In this document: positions 37,781-48,101 of the stretch, piece by piece | How positions within the stretch are numbered: the first letter of the stretch is position 1 | Layout of the letters: the number at the start of each line of letters is the position of its first letter | DNA from: Flavobacteriales bacterium | GTDB taxonomy: Bacteria; Bacteroidota; Bacteroidia; Flavobacteriales_D; CAJJDF01 | Direction of reading: 5' to 3' | Assembly: GCA_018609055.1 (NCBI GenBank) | Contig: JABAYJ010000009.1 | Location: 17,343 to 81,342, forward strand | DNA: 64,000 nucleotides | Position numbers and translations under genes: made by a program | Notes under the pieces: generated by a model | The model's database searches: none | Seen by the model: only the letters and a program-made list of their open reading frames with translations | Told to the model about the DNA's origin: nothing

Positions 37781-39184
37781 TTACTTATACCTAATCCACT
37801 TGAACAAATCCTTGTAAGTTACTTTCTTACCATACATAAGGATTCCTGTTTTGTAAATTCTTGCACCAATCCAGGTTGTTCCAATAAAGGTTAATACCAA
37901 TAAAGTGATAGATAATAATACTTCCCAAACTTCGGCATTACCCATTGCAATACGAACTAGCATGGCAATTGGTGAAGTAAATGGAATCATAGATAGCCAA
38001 AACATAGCACTACCTGCAGGGTTTGTAAATACTGATAATTGAGTTACGTAGAGTCCTAACATTAACGGTAACATTACAGGAATCATAAATTGTTGTGTGT
38101 CTGTTTCGCTATCTACAGCAGCACCAATTGCTGCATACAATGCAGAGTACAAGAAGTAACCTCCTAAGAAGTAAACTAGGAAAGATGAAATTATTGCCAA
38201 CCAAGGAAGGTTCAGTATAGCTAAAAGCGTTTCGTTTATTTCACTTCCTGCAGCTTCGTTAAGTTGAACAGAATTCATCTGAGAAACTGCTTCAGGAGAT
38301 AAATTAACTCCTACAACAATGCTCATAACTATAATCAAGATTCCAGTTAAAACAATCCAGAATATAAACTGAGTTAAACCAACAAGTCCTATTCCTACAA
38401 TCTTACCCATCATGATTTGGAAAGGTTTTACTGATGAAATGATGACTTCAATAATTCTACTTGTCTTTTCTTCTATTACACCTCTCATTACTTGCATACC
38501 AAATGTTAGGATGAACATTAGTATTAATATAGAAAAACCAAACCCTACACCAGCTGCAATTTTAAAATCAGCTTTGTTATCTAGTTTTTCTCCATTTTCT
38601 CCTAAATTGGAAGACTCTTCAGAGGTTAAACCTACTTTGGTATTTATTAGTGCATATTTTTTTGGATCAACTTCTTCTTTCTCCATAATAAGAGCTTCTC
38701 TAGCCTCATTAATTAAATTGGTGATCTTTATTTCTGTTTTGGAATTAGGGGCAGATTTATAAATTAGGTTTGCCTTTCCAGTTGATTGGCTAATTACACT
38801 AGAAGGTATGTGTAATAGATAATCGTATTTAGAGTCTTCTTTTTTAAACTCTTTCAATGCTGAAACATAGCTTAATGTAGTCTCTCTGAACTGATACGAA
38901 CTATCTATAGGTGTTCTTTTTGCTTCTGGCAATGCATTGTTAGATTTGACTATTTTGTCCATTTCTTCGTTCAAAATAGTTCTCATCCCTTCATACATAA
39001 TTGTTGTATCATCAACTATTAGTATGTTGTAATCCTTTTCCTTTGGCATTGCCAAAAATATAATTAGCGAAAAAAATCCTGCAAAAAGGAATGGAGCAAA
39101 GATTGTCATTAAGATAAATGACTTCTTTTTTACTCTTGTTAAGTATTCTCTTTTTATTATTAAACCTGTTTTCTTATTACTCAT
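37781..39184 (-). CDS. ABC-2 type permease (NatB-like)
   Basis: REYLTRVKKKSF, VIEEKTSRIIE, IPFTSPIAM. Confidence 0.9.
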   Translation of the reverse strand: MSNKKTGLIIKREYLTRVKKKSFILMTIFAPFLFAGFFSLIIFLAMPKEKDYNILIVDDTTIMYEGMRTILNEEMDKIVKSNNALPEAKRTPIDSSYQFRETTLSYVSALKEFKKEDSKYDYLLHIPSSVISQSTGKANLIYKSAPNSKTEIKITNLINEAREALIMEKEEVDPKKYALINTKVGLTSEESSNLGENGEKLDNKADFKIAAGVGFGFSILILMFILTFGMQVMRGVIEEKTSRIIEVIISSVKPFQIMMGKIVGIGLVGLTQFIFWIVLTGILIIVMSIVVGVNLSPEAVSQMNSVQLNEAAGSEINETLLAILNLPWLAIISSFLVYFLGGYFLYSALYAAIGAAVDSETDTQQFMIPVMLPLMLGLYVTQLSVFTNPAGSAMFWLSMIPFTSPIAMLVRIAMGNAEVWEVLLSITLLVLTFIGTTWIGARIYKTGILMYGKKVTYKDLFKWIRYK

Positions 39185-39195
39185 ACTTAATAGTT

Positions 39196-40128
39196 TTAGC
39201 TTATCAATTTGTTGTTTTTCTCTACTACTTCAATGAAAATTTCGCTCATAGTAGGTATGATTTCGTTTACTTGTTTCAATTGAACATCTTCGTTAATTAA
39301 AGTAGAAAGTAATCCATTAAGCGTGTTGTTTTCTAATATCTTAACTGTAGCTCTGTGATTGTCTTTGTCAAACGATTGTTTGTCTATCAATTCAAAATTT
39401 GTCCAAAGTGCATTGGCAAAACCTACCATATTTCCTTTAAAATCAATTTCATAAACATTTTTACTAAACTCTTTTTTGATGTCTGTTACCTTACCATCCA
39501 ATACTTTTTTAGATGAATTGATAAGAGCGATATTGTCGCAAATTTCTTCAACCGATCCCATGTTATGAGTAGAAAGAAAGATAGTTGCACCATCATCTTT
39601 CAATTTCATGATTTCCGATTTTATTAGGTTGGCATTAATCGGGTCAAATCCACTAAATGGTTCATCCAGAATCAAAATTTTAGGCTTATGAAGTACAGTA
39701 GTAATAAACTGAACTTTTTGAGCCATTCCTTTCGATAACTCTTCTACTTTTTTATTCCACCAATTTCCTATTTCAAATTTTTCGAACCACATTAATAGTT
39801 CTCTTTTTGCATCAGCCTTACTCATTCCTTTAAGTTGAGCTAAATACATGGCTTGTTCTCCAATTTTCATTTTTTTGTACAAACCTCTTTCTTCAGGTAA
39901 ATATCCAATTTGAGAAATATGTTTAGGGCTTAGTTTTTCACCTTTAATTAAAATCTCTCCAGAGTCTTGTGCAGTAATCTGATTAATTATTCGAATCAAA
40001 GAAGTTTTACCGGCACCATTTGGTCCAAGCAATCCGAAAATAGTTTGGTCTGCTACACTTAAACTTACATCATTTAATGCTACATGGTTGTGGTAAGACT
40101 TATGGATGTTTTTAGCTTCGAAAATCAT
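39196..40128 (-). CDS. ABC transporter ATP-binding protein (NatA-like)
   Basis: GPNGAGKT, LSKGMAQK, LDEPFSG. Confidence 0.93.
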   Translation of the reverse strand: MIFEAKNIHKSYHNHVALNDVSLSVADQTIFGLLGPNGAGKTSLIRIINQITAQDSGEILIKGEKLSPKHISQIGYLPEERGLYKKMKIGEQAMYLAQLKGMSKADAKRELLMWFEKFEIGNWWNKKVEELSKGMAQKVQFITTVLHKPKILILDEPFSGFDPINANLIKSEIMKLKDDGATIFLSTHNMGSVEEICDNIALINSSKKVLDGKVTDIKKEFSKNVYEIDFKGNMVGFANALWTNFELIDKQSFDKDNHRATVKILENNTLNGLLSTLINEDVQLKQVNEIIPTMSEIFIEVVEKNNKLIS

Positions 40129-40219
40129 AGTTGGTTTTTTTGTTAAGTAAAAATAAGAAAAGGTTTTAGTTCTTCATTTAAAAAATGTTAAATGGTTTAG
40201 CAAATAGTTAAATGGCAAT

Positions 40220-40252
40220 AAAAAAGCCCTTCCAATTATTGAAAGGGCTTTT
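40220..40252 (-). terminator. Intrinsic terminator after the DPP III gene
   Basis: AAAAGCCCTT/AAGGGCTTTT stem. Confidence 0.8.
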
Positions 40253-40273
40253 ACATTTTATTTAAGCTACCGA

Positions 40274-42346
40274 CTAGTTATACTCAGGTAAGTATGCAAA
40301 TCTGTTTGCGTACTCAAGCATTTGCTCATCAAAATTTTGATATTCAATTTTGAAATCTGTGATTTCTCCATCTTCATTCTTTATTGTACAAATTTTAGGA
40401 TTTACAAAACCTCTGTATGGTTGAATGTTAAGTGGCTTAACTCTTGCAAGTACTTCTGCATGAATAGCTTGGTCCACTTTTACCCCGTAGTTTTCAACTA
40501 AGTCTCTTCCAGCTACATAATCACCTTCAGATTTTATTCTTTGGATTTCCATTAATAATTTCCCAAATAAATCTCTTAGTTTTTCATAATCATTTACTTC
40601 GAAATAAGTTTTTCCATCACGAACAACTTTAGAAATAACATTATCTTCAGCTCCTTTTTCAAAAGCCCAAGATGCAACCAGTTGTCTGTTTCTCATGTGA
40701 GCCTCTTCAATTTCAGCACCTAAATCCAATCTAGATAATTGCGTCATCATTCCGTTACGGATATAGCCATCATATTCAGATTTTCCAACATCTAGAGTTT
40801 CAATTAGTCCTAAATCAACTAATTTTTTATCCATTATGTAATACAGTCCAACTAAATCAGCTCTAGCTTCTTCTAGTGTAGAAGCATAGTTTTTTAATGT
40901 TTCTTTTGGTGTTCCAACTCCAGGATTTAATTGCCCTGATGCGTGCCCTACAACTTCATGAAGTGCAGTATGCATTTTCCCAGCAGTTTTACCGTGGGCT
41001 TTAGCTAGTTCTATTTCTTCTTTATCATGTGCAAATTCAGTTAGTATTCCACTACCACCAGCTTCATCATATGCGCTAATAATATTTCCTAAAGAAACTG
41101 ATTTAGAACCATGTTGCGTTCTAATCCAGTTAGCATTTGGCAAGTTAACTCCTATTGGAGTAGAAGGTGATGCATCTCCAGCTTCTCCAGCTGCATCTAC
41201 TACTTTATATGTTACTCCTTTAACTTCTTTCTTTTTATGATTTGCCATTAGTGGAGCGTTATCTTCAAACCATTGTACGTTTTCAGAAACAACAGACATA
41301 ATATCAGTCATTTTAAAATCTTTCAATTCTACAACAGTTTCAAATGAACCAGAATAACCCAAAGGATCGTTATAAACCTCAATAAAACTATTGATGTAAT
41401 CAATATCACCATCAGTTGCACTAACCCAAGCAATGTTGTATTCACTCCATATTTTAAGGTCGCCAGTTCTGTAATATTCAATCAATAACTCTAGCGCATG
41501 AGCTTGTTTTTCATTTTCAGCAGCAGTTACAGCTTTACTTAGCCAACCAACAATCTCAGTAATTGCTTTGTCGTACATCCCACCAACTTTGTAGGTGTTT
41601 TCATGAATTGTACCATCATCATGTTTTACTAGTTTAGAGTTCAATCCGTATTCTACAGGTGTTGGGTTGTTCTTATCAATGATAGATTTGTAGTAAGTTT
41701 CAACTTCTTTTTCGGTTAATTCTGGAGAATAAAAGTTTACAGCTGATGCTTTTACTAAATCAACATCTTTGGATAAGTTTACTTTTTTAACGTCAAATTC
41801 AGGATCAAAAATTGCTTTTTTTGCTTCGTCATTAAGTATAGTACCAACAGTTTTCATTGCTGTTTCTAAAAAATCTTGACTAAAGTTTGGTTTAAATTTT
41901 TCATTAGAATAATGGTGATGAATCCCATTAGCAAACCAAATTCTCTTTAGGTAAGTAGTCATGTTTTGAAAATCTTCATTTTCTCTATCTCCTTTGTAAT
42001 CAGAATATACTTTTTCTAAAGCTCTTTTAATAGCAAGGTTGTGACGGTAATTTTGATCGTAAATAATTTCACGTCCCGAGTAACCAGCCATTGTTAAATA
42101 ATAAGCATATTTCTTTTGTTTAAGAGTAAGATTCTCCCAAGAAGGTATTTTATATCTAATAACTTCAATATCTCCAAATTTATCAACCGGATAAGCGAAT
42201 TCACCTGTGTTGTCAAATTTCTTTATGAAATCTGGCAAAGCAATTCCTGTTTCTTCTACTTCAGATGATTTAGCTTTTTCAACTGTTTCGCAAGAAAACA
42301 TCATTCCCGAAGCCAATGAGGCTAAAAGTATTGTTTTGATTCTCAT
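40274..42346 (-). CDS. Dipeptidyl peptidase III (peptidase M49), lipoprotein
   Basis: HEVVGH zinc motif, EEARAD, lipobox MFSC. Confidence 0.9.
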   Translation of the reverse strand: MRIKTILLASLASGMMFSCETVEKAKSSEVEETGIALPDFIKKFDNTGEFAYPVDKFGDIEVIRYKIPSWENLTLKQKKYAYYLTMAGYSGREIIYDQNYRHNLAIKRALEKVYSDYKGDRENEDFQNMTTYLKRIWFANGIHHHYSNEKFKPNFSQDFLETAMKTVGTILNDEAKKAIFDPEFDVKKVNLSKDVDLVKASAVNFYSPELTEKEVETYYKSIIDKNNPTPVEYGLNSKLVKHDDGTIHENTYKVGGMYDKAITEIVGWLSKAVTAAENEKQAHALELLIEYYRTGDLKIWSEYNIAWVSATDGDIDYINSFIEVYNDPLGYSGSFETVVELKDFKMTDIMSVVSENVQWFEDNAPLMANHKKKEVKGVTYKVVDAAGEAGDASPSTPIGVNLPNANWIRTQHGSKSVSLGNIISAYDEAGGSGILTEFAHDKEEIELAKAHGKTAGKMHTALHEVVGHASGQLNPGVGTPKETLKNYASTLEEARADLVGLYYIMDKKLVDLGLIETLDVGKSEYDGYIRNGMMTQLSRLDLGAEIEEAHMRNRQLVASWAFEKGAEDNVISKVVRDGKTYFEVNDYEKLRDLFGKLLMEIQRIKSEGDYVAGRDLVENYGVKVDQAIHAEVLARVKPLNIQPYRGFVNPKICTIKNEDGEITDFKIEYQNFDEQMLEYANRFAYLPEYN

Positions 42347-42372
42347 TTTTTGTGTTGTTTTTTCGTTTAAAA

Positions 42373-42380
42373 CAAAGATA
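42373..42380 (-). promoter_or_regulatory. -7 promoter element (TATCTTTG) for DPP III
   Basis: Exact TAnnTTTG. Confidence 0.6.
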
Positions 42381-42461
42381 AAACAATAAGTGAATGATAC
42401 AAGTTGCTGTTTTAAGATTTTGAGGGTAATAAAAGTGAAAAAAAATAGTTAATTTAGTACT

Positions 42462-42773
42462 ATGTTATTTAACCGATTCTTTAAACAGCCCAAGCCAAAC
42501 AATTTTGGATACACTCCCGTTTACTATAATGAGAGGAAGTTAGAACGCGAGAGAAAAATTGCCGAAGCTAGAAGAGAAAAAGGGGAGGAGGTAGAAATTA
42601 ATACACTAAGAGAGAATATTAATTTTAGAGATAATAAGAGTAAAAGTACCTCTATGGTTAGGAATGATAGTTTGAATAAATTTAGAAACAAGCAAAATTC
42701 TAAATCTAACAGAATGACATTTTTTATTATCCTTGTGCTTGCTACTATTATCTACGCACAATTTACTATGTAA
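42462..42773 (+). CDS. Small hypothetical protein with C-terminal TM helix
   Basis: PKPNNFGYTPVYYNERK; hydrophobic C-terminus. Confidence 0.7.
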   Translation: MLFNRFFKQPKPNNFGYTPVYYNERKLERERKIAEARREKGEEVEINTLRENINFRDNKSKSTSMVRNDSLNKFRNKQNSKSNRMTFFIILVLATIIYAQFTM

Positions 42774-42784
42774 AAGTTTTTTAA

Positions 42785-43855
42785 TTAAAAAAAACTGTGA
42801 ATTTCATTTCTCGATTTTATCGAGAGCTTATTATATATCCTATTGATGTGAGTTTTAATTGTGCTCAAGCTAACAAATAGCTGATCTGCTATTTCCTTAT
42901 TTGTCATTTTTTGGTTCATCAGTTCAAATACTTTTAACTCTTGAGCTGTAAGTACATCTTTATAATCAATGTTTTCTTCTTTAGTTTTCTTCTTTTTTCG
43001 GGAAGATAAAATGTAAATAGATGCTATTACTAATAATCCACCAAAAAGGTAAGTAAGTGATTTGTATATCGAAGTTCCTCTAGCAACTTTGAAATAATTG
43101 TCTTGTTTTAAATCAGTTCTGTACTGCATGGTGTATGGAGATGCTGGATATAAACTTTCTAATCGTGATAGTAATTCTCCAAAATAACTAGATTCTTTCA
43201 AGTCGTTTAAATAATGGTTTCTACTAAAAGATTTGTCGCCAGAATAAAGGCTATAGGCGAATAGTTCTATTAATGGGTCGTTACAGGTTTGGCTGAATTG
43301 TTTTAATTCAGTGAAGTAATTTCCATAAATTCTATTTCTCTGAGCATCATTTTTTGTAAGGTGTAATTTTGATAATAATGACTCTTGTAAGGAATCAATT
43401 TTGGATAAATTATTTTTTGATGAAGTAGTTGAAATTTGAATTTCGCATAACATTTGATCTAAATCATTCAGTGGAAAATAAAGAGTGTCAGAGTTTTTAG
43501 CCAAGAATAACTTAGAAATATAGGAGTCAAATTTATTAAGAAGATGTCTGGAATCATTGATGTTGTCATTGCAATTATCAATGTAAATATTGTAGAATTT
43601 ATTGAAAGGAGATAGGGAGTTTCCAGAAAAAGTGAATTTACCTTTTGAATCAATAGAGGATTCAGAAACAATATTTTCTACAAGTAAAAGATCACTTTTT
43701 TTATAGTCATCAACAACTACCAAATATGCTTTGCTATTATAATAATTAACCGAAACCTCCCCAGAAAATGAATACTGAGAAAAGGAATCTATCCCAATAT
43801 TAAAAACAAGTAGGGTTAAAATAAATTTAAGCATTTTTGATAGTGTTTCTGACAA
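42785..43855 (-). CDS. Membrane-spanning LuxR-family regulator
   Basis: Signal-like N-terminus, TM near the C-terminus, LTAQE..NKEIADQLFVSLSTIKTHINRIYNKL. Confidence 0.85.
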   Translation of the reverse strand: MSETLSKMLKFILTLLVFNIGIDSFSQYSFSGEVSVNYYNSKAYLVVVDDYKKSDLLLVENIVSESSIDSKGKFTFSGNSLSPFNKFYNIYIDNCNDNINDSRHLLNKFDSYISKLFLAKNSDTLYFPLNDLDQMLCEIQISTTSSKNNLSKIDSLQESLLSKLHLTKNDAQRNRIYGNYFTELKQFSQTCNDPLIELFAYSLYSGDKSFSRNHYLNDLKESSYFGELLSRLESLYPASPYTMQYRTDLKQDNYFKVARGTSIYKSLTYLFGGLLVIASIYILSSRKKKKTKEENIDYKDVLTAQELKVFELMNQKMTNKEIADQLFVSLSTIKTHINRIYNKLSIKSRNEIHSFF

Positions 43856-43914
43856 ACAAAATACATAGTTCTATTGATTACACATAAACTATTAACTATA
43901 TATTAGGTTAATTT

Positions 43915-44343
43915 TTAGTTATTTAAGGGTATAGTAGATTCCGCTTTAATAACATTACCTTTTATCCTTACTATCTTAATTTCTTCAGAAGCATTGGAGT
44001 AAATTGTCACTGTTTTATTAAATGCACCAACACGATTTGTAGCATATTTAACTTTAATCTCCGCCTTTTCTCCTGGCATAATTGGAGCTTCTGGAGTAGA
44101 AGGAACTGTGCATGAACAGGATCCTTTTATTTTAGATATTGAAATTGGTTCTTCGCCTGTATTGGTGAAAACAAAGAATCGATTTCCATCTGAGTTTTGT
44201 TCGATTGTTCCGTAATCTAAGATTTCGGTTTCGAAACTGAACATTCCTTTTTTTACTAATTCAACTAAAGAACTAGATAAAGAGGTTTGAGAAAAAATGG
44301 CAGTTGCCATTAGTAACGTGATTAAAATTTTAATCTTTTTCAT
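43915..44343 (-). CDS. DUF1573 domain protein
   Basis: LDYGTI, FTNTGEEPI, SCSCT. Confidence 0.85.
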   Translation of the reverse strand: MKKIKILITLLMATAIFSQTSLSSSLVELVKKGMFSFETEILDYGTIEQNSDGNRFFVFTNTGEEPISISKIKGSCSCTVPSTPEAPIMPGEKAEIKVKYATNRVGAFNKTVTIYSNASEEIKIVRIKGNVIKAESTIPLNN

Positions 44344-44558
44344 AATGTATAGGTTTTAATTAATAATGAGACAAATATCGATTATACAATGGCTCATAGC
44401 TTAAAACTAGGGTTTTAAAAAGGGACTAGACCTAGGTGGAAATGTTATTCTTATTAGATAAATCAGTATTTGTGTTTCATAAAAAGTGTTAATTAATTTA
44501 GTGCAATGCAATAATAGAATAGAGAAGAGGTTTCTTCTTTTCAAACTATTACACCAAA

Positions 44559-45395
44559 GTGAACAGAAGAAAATTTATAAAGAAATCAGCATATGGAATT
44601 CTCGGATTAGGAGTTATATCAGGAATTTATACTTGGCAAATTGAACCATTTTGGTTGGAGTTTGTAAAGATTAAAATGAAGATTCCTAATTTGCCTGATT
44701 CCTTAAAGGGAAAAACTCTAATGCAAATTAGTGACATTCATGTAGGAGCCAGATTCGATTGGAACTACTTAATCGATTCTTTTAAACAAGCTCAAAACCT
44801 AAATCCTGATATTGTTGTTTACACAGGAGATTTTGTTAGTTACGACAAGGAAAATAATTTTCAGGATTTAAAAACTGTAATGAGTGATGCCGTAAAGGGA
44901 AAACTAGCAACTATTGCAATCCTTGGGAATCACGATTACGGTAAAAATTGGGCAGAGCCAGAAGTAGCCAATTCAATTGTTAAGATTTTGGAAGATAGCG
45001 AAATCAAAGTATTAAGAAACGAAACAAAAGAAGTAGAAGGATTGTCTATAATAGGAATGGATGATTTTTGGGGAACAAACTTTAGTCCTGAAGAAGCTTT
45101 GGAGGATTTAAATAGCGAAACTGCCAATGTAGTTTTATGTCATAATCCTGATGTGTGTGATTTAGATGTTTGGGGAGATTATAATAGTTGGATTCTATCT
45201 GGTCATACTCACGGAGGACAAGTAAAACCTCCTTTTTTACCACCTCCCATGTTGCCTGTTAAGAATCTGAAATACAGTTCTGGTAAAATTGATTTGAGCG
45301 GAGGAAGAACACTTTACATAAATAGAGCGTTAGGTCATTTGTGGCAAGTAAGGTTCAATTGTAGGCCAGAGATTACTGTTTTTGAGATGGAGTAG
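44559..45395 (+). CDS. Metallophosphoesterase (YkuE-like)
   Basis: SDIH, TGDF, GNHD, LCHNPD, SGHTHGGQ; NRRKF N-terminus. Confidence 0.9.
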   Translation: MNRRKFIKKSAYGILGLGVISGIYTWQIEPFWLEFVKIKMKIPNLPDSLKGKTLMQISDIHVGARFDWNYLIDSFKQAQNLNPDIVVYTGDFVSYDKENNFQDLKTVMSDAVKGKLATIAILGNHDYGKNWAEPEVANSIVKILEDSEIKVLRNETKEVEGLSIIGMDDFWGTNFSPEEALEDLNSETANVVLCHNPDVCDLDVWGDYNSWILSGHTHGGQVKPPFLPPPMLPVKNLKYSSGKIDLSGGRTLYINRALGHLWQVRFNCRPEITVFEME

Positions 45396-45530
45396 GTTTT
45401 GAAAGTCTAAAAGTTAGTTATCAATTGTTATTACAGTGGATAGAAAGTTTAAAACTTGTCAGCAATCCACATCAAAAAATCTTGTTAAACGTAAAGGATA
45501 GGCGTATTTTTACAACTGTAAACACAAGAA

Positions 45531-47369
45531 ATGTCAAACCTAATAAAACTCTTACCGGATTCGGTAGCGAATCAGATTGCTGCTGGAGAAGTGGTGCAAA
45601 GACCAGCTTCTGCAGTTAAGGAGTTGCTAGAGAATTCAATAGATTCTGGGGCAACAACTGTTCAGCTTATTGTAAAAGATGCGGGTAAGACATTAATTCA
45701 GGTAATTGATGATGGTTGTGGAATGAGCGAAACAGATGCACGAATGTGTTTTGAACGTCATGCGACTTCCAAAATAACGGAGACGAACGATTTATTTAGT
45801 ATTCGTACCAAAGGATTTAGGGGAGAGGCAATGGCATCCATTGCAGCAGTGGCTCAGGTAGAAATGAAAACCAAACTTCATGAAGAAGAGCTTGGTACTA
45901 AAATAGAAATTGAAGGGAGTAAAATTCTTGTTCAAGAACCTGTTCAAACCAAAAGTGGGACAAGTATTGCAATTAAGAATTTGTTTTTTAATATTCCTGC
46001 AAGGCGTAATTTCTTGAAATCTAATCCTGTAGAAACTCGTCACATTATTGATGAGTTTGAGCGAGTAGCTCTTACCCATCCTGAGGTTTCTTTTAAAATG
46101 ATTCATAACGGAGCCGAGACATTTAATTTGCCAACAGGAACTCTTCGCCAGAGGATTGTGAATGTTTTTGGTAAAAAATTCAATCAGTCTTTAGTTCCAA
46201 TTGACGAAAAAACTTCGATAACAAACCTTACGGGGTTTATTGGTAAACCCGATTTTGCTAAGAAAACTCGTGGAGAACAGTTTTTCTTTGTGAACAAGAG
46301 ATTTATAAAAAATGGGTATTTGCATTTTGCAGTAATGCAGGCATACCAGGATTTAATCCCAAATAAAAGTTATCCTTCTTATTTCATATACATGGAAATG
46401 GATCCTGCGAGTATCGATATCAACATTCATCCTACCAAAACGGAGATTAAGTTTGAGGACGAAAAAGCGATTTATGCTATTTTAAATTCGGCTGTAAAGC
46501 AATCGATAGGGAAATATCAAGTTGCTCCTTCACTAGATTTTGAGCAAGAAACAAGTTTTAATGTAGAGCCATTAACAGGAGATAGAGAGATAAAAATTCC
46601 TCAGATAAAAGTAAACCCAAGCTTCAATCCATTTGATGAAAAGCCAATTAAAGCTCCTAGTTTTAGTGGTTCGGCATCAATGCCAGAAAGACCAAAGCCA
46701 CAGCAGGTAGATGCTCTTAACCAGTTTTATGCACAAAATAGAGAGTTGAGGTTAACAGAATTTGAATCGGAAATTGCAAGCACAGAAGAATTATTGGACG
46801 TAGATTCTGAAAAGAAAATATTCCAGATTCATAACCGATATATTTATTCTAGAATAAAATCGGGATATATATTAATAGACCAGCAAAAGGCTCACGAAAG
46901 AGTTCTATATGAAAAGTTCTTGAGTTCTTTGGAGAACACGACCAATGCTTCGCAAAAAGAGTTATTCCCAATTCAGATAGAATTTTCATCTTCTGATTTT
47001 GCGATTTTACGCGAAATTTGGGACGAAGTAGTTGCAATAGGTTTTGATATTGCTGAATTTGGTAAAAATACCATTTCGGTAAACGGAATACCTGCAGATG
47101 GAAAAGAGACTGATTATCAGTTGCTTTTTGAAAAAATTATTGAGCAGTTTAAGAATAACAAAGACCAATTAAATCTGGATACAAAAGAAAATGTAGCTCG
47201 AGCAATGGCAAGAAACATGAGTATTAAAAGAGGGAAAAAACTAGGAGGTCAAGAGATTAATCAATTGATAGATGAGCTATTTGCTTGCCAAAATGCGGAG
47301 TATGCTCCCAATGGGAAACGAACTTTTATTACTGTAACTTTAGACGAGTTGGACAAACAATTTAAATAA
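45531..47369 (+). CDS. mutL: DNA mismatch repair endonuclease MutL
   Basis: QIAAGEVV, GFRGEA, DQQKAHERVLYE. Confidence 0.97.
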   Translation: MSNLIKLLPDSVANQIAAGEVVQRPASAVKELLENSIDSGATTVQLIVKDAGKTLIQVIDDGCGMSETDARMCFERHATSKITETNDLFSIRTKGFRGEAMASIAAVAQVEMKTKLHEEELGTKIEIEGSKILVQEPVQTKSGTSIAIKNLFFNIPARRNFLKSNPVETRHIIDEFERVALTHPEVSFKMIHNGAETFNLPTGTLRQRIVNVFGKKFNQSLVPIDEKTSITNLTGFIGKPDFAKKTRGEQFFFVNKRFIKNGYLHFAVMQAYQDLIPNKSYPSYFIYMEMDPASIDINIHPTKTEIKFEDEKAIYAILNSAVKQSIGKYQVAPSLDFEQETSFNVEPLTGDREIKIPQIKVNPSFNPFDEKPIKAPSFSGSASMPERPKPQQVDALNQFYAQNRELRLTEFESEIASTEELLDVDSEKKIFQIHNRYIYSRIKSGYILIDQQKAHERVLYEKFLSSLENTTNASQKELFPIQIEFSSSDFAILREIWDEVVAIGFDIAEFGKNTISVNGIPADGKETDYQLLFEKIIEQFKNNKDQLNLDTKENVARAMARNMSIKRGKKLGGQEINQLIDELFACQNAEYAPNGKRTFITVTLDELDKQFK

Positions 47370-47373
47370 AAAT

Positions 47374-48099
47374 ATGATTAGTAATTTACTTAGAAACTTA
47401 CCTGACGTAACTAAAAATTTATTGATAATTAATATTTTGATGTTTGCTGGGATCTATTTTCTACCTCAGTTTAGCGGAATGCTAGCGCTTCATAATATTG
47501 GGAGTGAGTTATTTAAGCCGCACCAGTTACTTACTCATATTTTTATGCATGGGAGTTTACCTCACTTGTTTTTTAATATGTTTGCACTAGTAATGTTTGG
47601 AGGGCAACTTGAGAAAGTATGGGGAGGAAAAAAGTTTTTGATTATTTATTTCGCATCTGCAGCTGGTGCTTTATTACTTCAATTAGGTATTAATTATTAT
47701 AACTATGCTTCTGTTATGAATCAGTATAGTATTCAGGATCTTAGCGAGATTAAAGACATAGTGACAAACATAAGCTACAGTGCAAAATACCCTTCAGTCT
47801 TAATTTCGGGAATAGAAGCAGAGTTGGTTAACAATGTTGGTATGGTAGGTGCTTCTGGTGCAATTATGGGGCTTCTTGCTGGTTTTGGATATTTATTTCC
47901 TAATACTGAATTGTATTTATACATGCTCTTTCCTGTAAAGGCTAAAATCTTTATACCCATTCTAATATTGTTAGATTTATATTTAGGTGTAAGAAATTTT
48001 GAATTTGATAATGTAGCCCATTTTGCTCACCTAGGAGGAGCAATAGCAGGATTTTTATTGGTGTACTTTTGGAACAAAAAGCGAGATAATTTTTACTAA
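47374..48099 (+). CDS. Rhomboid family intramembrane protease
   Basis: HLFFNM, GASG, AHLGGA. Confidence 0.93.
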   Translation: MISNLLRNLPDVTKNLLIINILMFAGIYFLPQFSGMLALHNIGSELFKPHQLLTHIFMHGSLPHLFFNMFALVMFGGQLEKVWGGKKFLIIYFASAAGALLLQLGINYYNYASVMNQYSIQDLSEIKDIVTNISYSAKYPSVLISGIEAELVNNVGMVGASGAIMGLLAGFGYLFPNTELYLYMLFPVKAKIFIPILILLDLYLGVRNFEFDNVAHFAHLGGAIAGFLLVYFWNKKRDNFY

Positions 48100-48101
48100 A
48101 T

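Noticed and set aside
44395-44440. Short CTAG-containing repeats upstream of the DUF1573/LuxR pair as an operator
   Set aside because: Too short and imperfect to support without comparative data
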